DNA from: an uncultured Gemmatimonadales bacterium
Lineage (GTDB): Bacteria; Gemmatimonadota; Gemmatimonadetes; Gemmatimonadales; Gemmatimonadaceae
NCBI GenBank assembly: GCA_963793305.1
Contig: CAWBZV010000003.1
Coordinates: 608,001 to 672,000, forward strand
Reading direction: 5' to 3'
DNA length: 64,000 nt
The notes under the pieces were generated by a model. That model did not search any database. It was not told the origin of the DNA and worked only from the letters and a program-made list of their open reading frames with translations. Shown here piece by piece: positions 54,491 through 64,000 of this stretch; within the stretch, counting starts at the first letter, position 1; each line of letters starts with the position of its first letter. The position numbers and the translations under genes are program-made.

Positions 54491-54949
54491 ATGAGGCCCT
54501 GGATACTGCTCGCCGCCGCGCTTCAGCTTCGGCCGGTGACCTGGACGGTGACGGCGCCCAAGCCTGTCACCCCCGGATCCACGGTCTCGATTACGCTCGT
54601 GGCGACCATCGATGACGGCTGGCATCTGTACTCGACCACGCAGCCGTCGGGCGGCCCAGTACCTACGCGCATCACCATAGGGACTTCGCCGATATTCGCG
54701 GTGGACGGCGCACTGGCATTCCCAAAGCCAGTCGTCGCCCCGGATCCGAATTTCGGGATCAACGTCGAGACCTACGATCGTACGGTCACGTTCACCGTCC
54801 CCGTGAAAATCGCGGCCGGCGCCCGAGCCGGTGTCGACACGCTGGCGATCCAGGCGCGGTTCCAAGCGTGTAATGCGCAGCTCTGCTTGCCACCACACAC
54901 GCAGACCGTCTCCGTCCCCGTGACGGTGCGCGCGGGAGCGGGCCGGTGA
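54491..54949 (+). CDS. DsbD N-terminal (alpha) domain protein
   Basis: IDDGWHLYS, GPVPT and FQACNAQLCLPP motifs. Confidence 0.85.
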   Translation: MRPWILLAAALQLRPVTWTVTAPKPVTPGSTVSITLVATIDDGWHLYSTTQPSGGPVPTRITIGTSPIFAVDGALAFPKPVVAPDPNFGINVETYDRTVTFTVPVKIAAGARAGVDTLAIQARFQACNAQLCLPPHTQTVSVPVTVRAGAGR

Positions 54950-56202
54950 TCGGACACTATCTCTGGCTCGCGGTAACCGCCGGCGCGGTCTCGCTGCTGA
55001 CGCCGTGCGTGTTCCCAATGATTCCGATCACGGTCAGTTATTTCACCAATCGCCCTTCCGGTATCCGATCGGCATTGATCTTTGCTGGCGCCATAGTCGG
55101 GTCATTCACCGCCCTCGGTCTCGTCCTCGCGCTGCTCTTTGGCGCGACGGGAGTCCAGCGATTCGCGGCGAATCCTTATCTCAATATTTTCCTCGCCGGG
55201 CTTTTCGTCGCATTCGCGCTGAATCTGTTCGGCGTCTACCAGATCGCCTTGCCGAGCCGCGCCCTGACAGCCCTCGACGCTGCCGCTCGCGGCCGCGAAT
55301 CCTCGGCGGCCGGTGCCATGCTCGTGGGGCTGACGTTCGCGATCACGTCGTTTACGTGCACAGCGCCGTTCGTGGGCACCGTGCTCGTGACGGCCGCGAC
55401 GGGTGCCTGGCGCGAGCCCGCGATCGGCATGCTGGCCTACTCGACGGTCTTCGCGCTGCCGTTCTTTGTCTTGGCGCTGATCCCTCAGTGGGCGGCCCGT
55501 TTGCCGAGAGCGGGTCGATGGCTGGTGTCGGTGAAAGTCGTCATGGGGTTCTTGGAGCTGGCGGCGGCGCTCAAGTTCGTCTCCAACGCGGACCTCGTCT
55601 GGCACTGGGGCATCTTCAACCGCGACGTCGTCCTGGCGTTATGGGTGGCGCTGGCCGGACTCATGGCCGCATACCTGGTCGCCAGCGGCCCCGGCAGTAT
55701 CGCGCGCTTGGCGACGGCCGCGGCTGCGCTGGGCGTCGGGATCTGGCTGTCAACTGGCCTCGTGGGCCGGTCGCTCGGAGAGCTGGAGTCGTTCCTGCCA
55801 CCTCGCGCGAATCAGCGCGACTCGTACGTCCTGAACCTGAACTGGCACGTGAACGACCTGGCGGGGGCGATCGCGCTCGCAAAGCAGAGCTCGAAACCCG
55901 TCTTTATTGATTTTACCGGTTACACCTGCACGAACTGCCGGTGGATGGAGGCGAACGTCTTTGCTCGCACCGAGGTGAAGGCCGAGCTGAATCGGTTCGC
56001 TCTTGCCCGGTTGTTCACCGATGGGGAAGGGCCTGTATACGAGAACCAGCAGGCTTATCAGGAAAAGACCTTCAACACCGTTGCTCTACCGTTGTACGCG
56101 ATAGTCGCCCCTGACGGCCACACTATTGCTACTTTGCCGGGACTCACCAGGGACCCGGCCGTTTTCCTCGCGTTTCTAGAGAAGAGCGCCAGGGTCCAGT
56201 AA
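54946..56202 (+). CDS. DsbD/CcdA transmembrane + thioredoxin domain protein
   Basis: LLTPCVFPMIP, SFTCTAPFVG and DFTGYTCTNCRWME motifs. Confidence 0.9.
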   Translation: MIGHYLWLAVTAGAVSLLTPCVFPMIPITVSYFTNRPSGIRSALIFAGAIVGSFTALGLVLALLFGATGVQRFAANPYLNIFLAGLFVAFALNLFGVYQIALPSRALTALDAAARGRESSAAGAMLVGLTFAITSFTCTAPFVGTVLVTAATGAWREPAIGMLAYSTVFALPFFVLALIPQWAARLPRAGRWLVSVKVVMGFLELAAALKFVSNADLVWHWGIFNRDVVLALWVALAGLMAAYLVASGPGSIARLATAAAALGVGIWLSTGLVGRSLGELESFLPPRANQRDSYVLNLNWHVNDLAGAIALAKQSSKPVFIDFTGYTCTNCRWMEANVFARTEVKAELNRFALARLFTDGEGPVYENQQAYQEKTFNTVALPLYAIVAPDGHTIATLPGLTRDPAVFLAFLEKSARVQ

Positions 56203-56212
56203 AATCTAGAGA

Positions 56213-59200
56213 GTGGCCACCGGACTAACCGGACTTCTGTCACGCCTCGTACCGCGGGCTGACGGGCGAGCGCGCTCGCCCGATGGCGTCTCACCCGACC
56301 GGTTCGCGGGCCCTATACGCGGAGAGCTCCTCGGCACCGAGGGGCTAGCCGAGTACGCGCGCGCGCTGGCCAGGCAGCAGCGCGTGCTGCCGCCATCGGT
56401 CCGTGGCTGGGCGCAGAAGCAGCGCGGCCAGGGCCCGCTGCTGCAGCGGCTCGATGAGACCCGCAAGCTGCTCGACGCCGCGCGCATCACCATCACCGAT
56501 GCCGCCGATCGTGGCGTCGACATCAGCCCGGCCGGCGAGTGGCTGCTCGACAACTTCTACGTCGTGCAGGAGCACGTGCGCGAAGTGCGCGCGAGCATGC
56601 CCAAGACGTACTACCAGGAGCTGCCCAAGCTCGCGGCCGGCGCGCTCGCGGGCTACCCGCGGATCTACGAGGTGGCGATCGAGCTGATCGCGCACACCGA
56701 GGGCTATCTCAAGCCCGAGAACATCGACCTCTTCGTCCGCGAGTTCCAGCGCGGCGCGACGCTCACGACCGGCGAGCTGTGGGCCACGCCGACCATGCTG
56801 CGGCTCGGGCTCATCGAGAACATCCGCCGGATGACGCTGCGCGTCACCCAACGCCTCGATGAGTTGGACTCGGCCGACAAGTGGGCCAAGCGCCTGCGCG
56901 AAGCGTCCGAAGGCGGCGCGCAGAGCCTCTCGGGCGTGCTCGCCGAGTTCGTGAACGACCATCCGCCCCTGACACCGGCGTTCGTCTCCCGGTTCCTGCA
57001 GCAGATCCGGTCGTATCAGTCGAACTTCACGCCGCTCCGCTGGCTCGAGCAGTGGATCGCCGAGGATGGGCTCAACGCCGAGGACGCCGTCACCAAGGCG
57101 AATCAGCGGTTGGCGCTGACGCAGGTCATGATGGCGAACAGCATCACCAGCTTGCGCACGATCGCGCGCCTGGACTGGTCGACGTGGGTCGAGTCGATGA
57201 ACGCCATCGAGGTCATCCTGCGCCAAGATCCGGCGCGGGCGTACGCCTCGATGACGTTCAACTCGCGCGATCTCTATCGGCACGTGATCGAGGACATCGC
57301 CAAGCGCACGGGCTCCACCGAGGTCGACATCGCCGAGCGCGCGCTCGATCTGGCGCGGAAGGCCGTGGGGATCCCGGGTGTCGATCAGCGGCTCACGCAC
57401 ATCGGCTATTATCTCGTCGACGACGGCGTGCGCGAGTTGGAGCGCGCGGTCGCGTACACGCCGCCCTGGCGGGAAGCGCTCCACCAGTGGGTGCTCGCGC
57501 ACCCTGAGCTCGTCTACTTCGGTGGCATCACGCTCTTTACCGCCATCTTGGTCGCCATCCCCTTCATGGCGATCGGGCGCGTCTCGATCGGCGCGTTTCT
57601 GGCGGTGCTCGCCCTGGCCATCATTCCCGCGAACGATATCGCGATCAACATCGTGCACCAGTTGGTCACGATGCTGTTGCCGCCGCGCCTGTTGCCCAAG
57701 CTCGACTTCGAAGATGGCATTCCGTCGGATTACCGCACGGCCGTCGTCGTCCCTACGCTGCTCGGCAGCACGGAGGGCGTCAAAGAAGCGCTGGAGCACC
57801 TGGAAGTTCAGTTCCTCGCCAATCGCGACCCCAATATCTATTTCGCGCTGCTCAGCGATTTCACGGACTCGCCAACCGAGGCGCGCGCCGGCGACGATGA
57901 GATTCTCGCGGCCGCGGTCGCCGGCATTCGGGTGCTGAACGAGAAGTACGCTGCCGACACGTTCTTCTTGTTTCATCGCTCGCGCAAATGGAACGAAGGC
58001 GAGAATGCCTGGCTGGCCTGGGAGCGGAAACGGGGGAAGCTCGCCCAGTTCAACCAATTCTTGCGGGGCGGCGCTTCGGACGCGTTCTCCACCATCGTCG
58101 GCGACACCGCGCCGCTCAGCCACGTCGTCTACGTCATCACGCTCGACTCGGACACCGTCCTGCCCCGCGGCGCGGCTGCGCTCCTCGTCGGCGCCATGGC
58201 GCATCCGGTCAACCGGGCGGTGTACGATCCTGTGAGCGGGCGCGTCGTGCGGGGATACGGGATCCTGCAGCCCCGCGTCGGGATCTCGCTGGAAAGCGCG
58301 AATCGCTCATTGTTCGCGGCAATCGCCTCCGGGCGGCCCGGCGTCGATCCCTATACCACCGCCGTCTCCGACGTCTATCAGGATCTCTTCGCCGAGGGGA
58401 GCTTCACGGGGAAGGGCATATATGATGTCGACGCGTTCGAGAGAGCGACCGAGGACAAGTTTCCCGAGAACGCGCTGCTCTCACACGATCTCATCGAAGG
58501 GACCTACGCGCGGGCCGCGTTGGTCACTGATGTCGAGTTCTACGATGACTACCCGACGCGCTATCTCACGTATACCCGGCGCAAGCATCGCTGGATACGG
58601 GGCGACTGGCAGTTATTGCCGTGGTTATTTGGGCGGCGCCACAAGCTCTCGGCGATTTCCCGCTGGAAAATCTTTGATAACCTGCGACGCAGCGTCGTAG
58701 AGATCGCCGAGCTCGGGTTGCTCGTCGCCGGTTGGACGGTGCTCCCAGGCGGACCGTTCTTGTGGACCGCACTCGTGCTCGCGGGGATCGCGACGCCGTT
58801 CGTGTTCGGGATCGGGCTGTCTGTCGTCTCCCCACCGCAGGGAGACTCCTGGCGCGCCTACTACAAGGCGGTCTGGCGCGACGCCCAATCGTCGATCCAG
58901 CAGTACCTGCTGCTGCTCACGTTCTTGCCGCACCAGGCCTTCGTCTCGGCCGACGCGATCAGTCGCACGCTGTGGCGCATGTTCGTCAGCCACCGGAAGA
59001 TGCTCGAGTGGCAAACCGCCTCGCAGGTCGAGCGGATCATGGCCGGGGGTCGTCAGCCGCGCGAGGTGTGGCGGAAGATGGCGCCGGCCGAGGTGGTCAC
59101 GGCCGTGATTCTCGTGATCGTGCTGACCACGGGCATCGGCCACGCGCACATGGTGCGCTTGCCGAACGGCCTGTACCACATGGGCTCGGCCGTTCGCTGG

Positions 59201-62200
59201 TGGTACCTCGCCGTCACCATGCCATTGGTGATGCTGTGGGCCGTGAGCCCGAGCATCGCGGACTCGTTGAGCGCGCCCGCGGTGCGCCGGGAGCGGCGCC
59301 TCACGGGGGCCGAGAGCTGGACGGCCCTGCGGTATGCACTGCTGCATTGGCACTTCTTCGACCGATTCGTGACGGTCGACACCCAATGGCTGGCGCCGGA
59401 CAACTTCCAGGAGGACCCGTCGCCAGTCGTCGCGATGCGGACCTCGCCGACGAATATCGGGCTCCAGTTGCTGGGCATCGTCAGCGCCTACGACCTCGGA
59501 TTCTTGTCGTCGGGTGCGATGATCGAGCGCCTGGAGCTCGTGTTCCGGACGCTCGAACGCATGGCGCGCTTCCGCGGCCACTTCTACAACTGGTACGATC
59601 TCCGCGATCTCCAGATTCTGGAGCCCGCCTACATCTCGACCGTCGACAGCGGCAACCTGGCCGGCGATCTCATCGCGATCAAGCAAGCGTGTCTCCACAT
59701 CATCGACGAGCCGGTCGTCGACTCGCGCATCTGGGACGCGCTCCAAACGGCGCTAGAGCTCGCGGTCGAAAACCTCCGGTCGCTGGCATCGTCCGGCGAC
59801 GTCTCCAGCCCGAAACAGTGGCAGGCCGTGCTCGAAGCCGGCGAGCGCGTACGCGCCGTGCTGCAGTCGCTGCCCACCCTCACGGGTGCGAACAACACCG
59901 ACGCGCTCTCGGCCAAGACCCTGCAAACCCTCGCCGATCGCCTTCGGGCGGCCGAGCGGGTCGTTGTCGAGCGCACGGAAGAGTTGGCGAACGTCGATCT
60001 CGTACCCGGCCGCGATTGGATCGTGTGGAGCCGGCAGCATCTGGAACGCTGGGCCGCTGACGTAGCGGCCATTGGTGACGGCGCACAGTCACTGCGCCAA
60101 GCCGCCGCGACGTCGTCCCATGCGGCCGAGCAAGTCAAACGCCTGGAAGCGCTGGCGGCGCGAGCGCACGAGTATGCGTTGGAGATGGATTTCCGGTTCC
60201 TGTACGACTCGCGCCGGAAGCTCTTTTCCATTGGCTACCAGGTCAGCGCGGGCGCGCTCGATCCGTCGCTCTACGATCTGCTTGCGTCCGAGGCGCGCCT
60301 GGCGAGTTACTTCGCGATCGCCAAGGGTGATGTGCAGGCCGAGCACTGGTTCAAGCTCGGACGCGGGCTCACGACGGCAGCCGGCGATACGGCGCTGATT
60401 TCGTGGAGCGGGAGCATGTTCGAGTACTTGATGCCCGCGCTCATCATGGAGTCGTTCCCGTTCACGCTGCTCGACCAAACGTACACGGGCGCGGTTCGGC
60501 GGCAGATCGCCTATGGCGCCGAGCGGGGCGTTCCGTGGGGCGTATCAGAATCCGCCTATAACGCCCGCGACCGCCACCAGACATACCAGTATCGCGCGTT
60601 CGGCGTCCCGGATCTCGCGCTCAAGCGGGGTCTCAGCAAGGACCTCGTCGTCGCTCCCTACGCGACCCTGCTGGCGCTCATGATCGAGCCGCACGCCGCG
60701 ATGAAAAACCTGGGCACGCTCGAAAAAGAGGGTGCGCTCGGCCTGTTCGGGTTCAAGGATGCGGTGGATTACACGAGACCGGCGCTGGGATCGAACCACG
60801 CGCTCGTGGGCACCTACATGGCGCACCATATCGGCATGAGCCTGGTGTCGCTCAACAACGCGATTCACTCCGACATCTGGCCCCAGCGCTTCCACGCCGA
60901 CCCGTTAGTCAAGTCGGCCGAGCTGGTGCTGTTCGAGCGGATTCCAAGGCGATTTGTGCTGAGCGAAGCACAGACCGATGAGGGCGATGAGCAGCCGAGG
61001 CGTCGTGGATCGGAGAAACCCTCGGCGCGCACGCTCGACACGCCGAACACGCCCGAACCGCGCGTCACGCTCCTGGGACACGCGCCGTACACCTTGATGA
61101 TCTCGAACGCCGGCAGCGGCTACTCCCGGTTCGAGAACTTCCAGGTCACGCGTTGGCGCAACGACGGCACGCTCGATCGCTACGGCCAGTGGTGCTACCT
61201 GCACGACACGTCAACGGGCCGCGTGTGGCCCGCCGCATACCAGCCGATGGGCGACGATTCCACACCGGACTGGTACCGGTCGACGTTCGCGTCTGACCGC
61301 GCCACATTCTCGCGTCGCGACGGCGATATCGACACGCGGCTCGAAGTGACCGTCGTGCCCGACGATGCGGCCGAGGTGCGCCGGGTCACGGTGACAAACA
61401 ATGGGACGACGGCCAAGGACATCGAGCTCACGACGTACGGCGAGATCTCGCTCTGTCCGCCAGACGCCGATCGCACGCACCCCGCGTTCCAGAACCTGTT
61501 CGTCGAGACCGAGTTCGTCGCACCCCACGGCGCGATCCTCGCCACGCGGCGCCCCCGGTCGGCCGACGAGCGCACACTCTGGTGCGGACACGTCGTCGCG
61601 ACTGGCCCCGAGATCGTCGGCCGCATCTCGTGCGAGACGGACCGCGCGCAGTTTACAGGCCGCAATCGTACGGTACGGAACCCGCAAGCAATGGCGGAGG
61701 CGGGCGCCCTCTCGGGCACGACCGGCGCCGTGCTCGACCCCATTTTCGCGATGCGCGTGTTGATCCGCGTTGGCGCCGGTCAGTCCGCGCGCGTGGCGTT
61801 CACGACGCTGGTCGCGCCGACCCGCGACCGTGCGCTGGAGTTGGCCGACCGGTATCACGACCCGTACAGCGCCCAGCGCGCGCTCGATCTGTCGTGGATG
61901 CACGCGCAAGTCGAGCTCCGCGAGCTGTCGATCACGCCAGCCGACGCGGCGCTCTATCAAGAGCTGGCCGGATATCTCTTCTTCTCCGACCGCGCGGTCC
62001 GGGCGCCCGCGAAAGAGGTCGTGCAGCTCAAGCGCGGCATCGACGCCCTGTGGGCGCATGGCATTTCGGGAGACTGGCCGATTCTGCTGGCCACGGTCGA
62101 CCAGGCGGCCGGCGTCGCCACCGTCAAGGAGCTCTTGCAGGCGCACCAGTACTGGCGCGGCAAGGGCATGATGGTCGACCTCGTTATTCTGAACACCAAC

Positions 62201-64000
62201 CCGCCGTCGTATCAGCAGGATTTGCAGGACGAGCTCCAGGCGACGGTGCTCGCGTCGACCGAAGCGGCGTTGATCGACAAGCCCGGCGGGGTGATGCTCC
62301 GCCGCCGCGATCTGATTCCGCCGGACGATCTGGCCGTGTTGCGCGCGACCGCGCGCGTAAACGTACCGTGCGATGGCTTGCGGCTGGCCGAGATCCTGGA
62401 GCTTCCGGAGACCGAGCCAGAGTATCCGCCGGCGTTCGAGCCGACGACGCAGTCGGGCGGCGGCATCGTGAGTGCCGGCGTGCTCGCGGCCGCCGCGGCG
62501 CGGTCGGGCGATGGGGCGCGCGGCGACGCGCTGCTCAGAGCCGCGCCACCCGTCGCGTTCGACAACGGACTCGGTGGCCTGGCGGCCGATGGCTCGTATC
62601 AGATCCGGCTGACCGACGGCGCGACGACACCCGCGCCGTGGACGAACGTGATCGCCAACGAGAACGGCGGGTTCTTGATCTCCGAGAACGGCGGCGGGTA
62701 CGTGTGGGCCGAGAATAGCTTCTTCTTCCGGCTGACGCCGTGGCTCAATGATCCGGTCAGCGACGAGCCCACGGATATCCTGTACATCCGCGACGACGAG
62801 ACTGGAGAAGTCTGGACGCCGACGCCCGATCCCATCCGGCACCAGACCCCGTATCTCATCCACCACGCGCCCGCCCGCACGGAGTTCCGGCACAGCCATG
62901 CCGGATTAACCACGCATCTCGTGCTCGGAATCCCTGAGCACGACGTCGTCAAGATCGCCAAGCTGTCGATCACCAACGACACGGCCATCCCCCGCCGCGT
63001 GACGATCACGCACTACGCCGACTGGTGCCTCGGCGTCATGCGTGAGCATACGCAGCATCAGGTGCGGACGCAGTTCGATCGCGAGACCGAAGCGATGTTC
63101 GCGCAGAACGGATACGACCAGGACTTCGCCAAGAAAGTCGCGTTCACGGCGTTGAGCTTGCCGGTCATGAGCTATACCGGCGATCGGCGCGAGTTCATTG
63201 GGCGCAACGGAACGCTCGCGGCTCCCGCCGGTCTCGAGCGCGCATCGTTGGCCGAGTCCTGCGGGCCGCTGCTCGACCCCTGCGCGGCTCTCCAGGGCTC
63301 GGTGTCCATCCTCCCTGGCGAGACCCGCGAGGTTGTCGCGCTGCTGGGTTGCGGCAATGGGGAGGCCGAGTGTCGCTCCTTGATCGAGAAGTATCGTGAG
63401 GGCGATGAGGGGATTGAGGAGCACGTCGAGGCGTGGCGCCGGCGGCTCACCACCATTCAGGTGAAGACGCCGGACCCGGCCTGCGATGCCATTCTCAATG
63501 GCTGGCTCCTCTACCAGGCGCTCGCCTGCCGGTTCTTCGCGCGAACGGCGCTCTATCAGTCGAGCGGCGCCTATGGGTTCCGCGATCAGCTGCAGGACTC
63601 AATGGCGTTCGTCTACAGCGACCCGCAACTGGCCCGCGAGCATATTCTGCGCAGCACCGGCCGTCAGTTCGTCGAGGGCGACGTTCCAGCACTGGTGGCA
63701 CGCGCACAACGGCCGTGGCGTGCGCACGCGATTCTCGGACGATCTCGCCTGGCTGCCGTTCGTCGTCGATCACTATCTCGTCGTCACGGGTGACACGAGT
63801 GTGCTCGACGAGGTTGTGCCGTTTCTCACGATGCGGCAGCTGGAGCCGAACGAGCAGGAGCTGTACGACCGTCCCGACGTGTCGTCGGAGAAAGCGACGG
63901 TCTATGAGCACTGCCTTCGGGCCCTCAAGAAAGCCGCGACCGTCGGCCAGCACGGGCTGCCCCTCATGGGCGTCGGCGACTGGAACGACGGGATGAATCG
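56213..64000 (+). CDS. Cyclic beta-1,2-glucan synthase (Cgs/ChvB/NdvB-type, GT84 plus GH94-like domains); frameshift at ~63685; truncated by window end
   Basis: [80 protein letters not shown] and [14 protein letters not shown] motifs; continues in another frame QHWWH...GDWNDGMN. Confidence 0.92.

Overview
A high-GC, very gene-dense bacterial chromosomal segment. The style (several Hanks-type Ser/Thr kinases including a kinase-TolB-TPR fusion, DUF4412, DUF3761, DSxR-rich secreted protein) suggests Gemmatimonadota; that assignment is inference only. It contains a GntR regulator with an amino-acid permease and a ~11.5 kb hopanoid cluster (hpnJ, hpnI, hpnL-like, single-enzyme squalene synthase, shc, hpnG, hpnA, ispH, hpnH, hpnB). 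It also has ada, copC/copD, LysR-fdhD, a S9 peptidase, an ECF sigma-kinase pair, a tRNA gene, a DNA-repair-type radical SAM gene, a frameshifted PAS-GGDEF-EAL gene, two efflux modules, ppk2, split dsbD and a giant cyclic beta-1,2-glucan synthase that is frameshifted and runs off the right edge. No integrase, transposase, prophage or CRISPR array is seen. The most unusual signals are four. (1) An 86-nt type-II tRNA with a leucine-type body but an alanine CGC anticodon and no G3:U70. (2) A six-copy, co-oriented ~70-bp repeat built from C-GNA-G triloop hairpins, often bracketed by CTAG, with one copy in frame inside hpnL and one inside a 37-bp duplication at the sigma-kinase junction. (3) Three genes whose only plausible start is a CTG overlapping the upstream TGA (CTGA coupling). 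(4) Extremely compact divergent gene pairs and a probable leaderless promoter. All calls come from reading the sequence and ORF track by eye; no searches were run.
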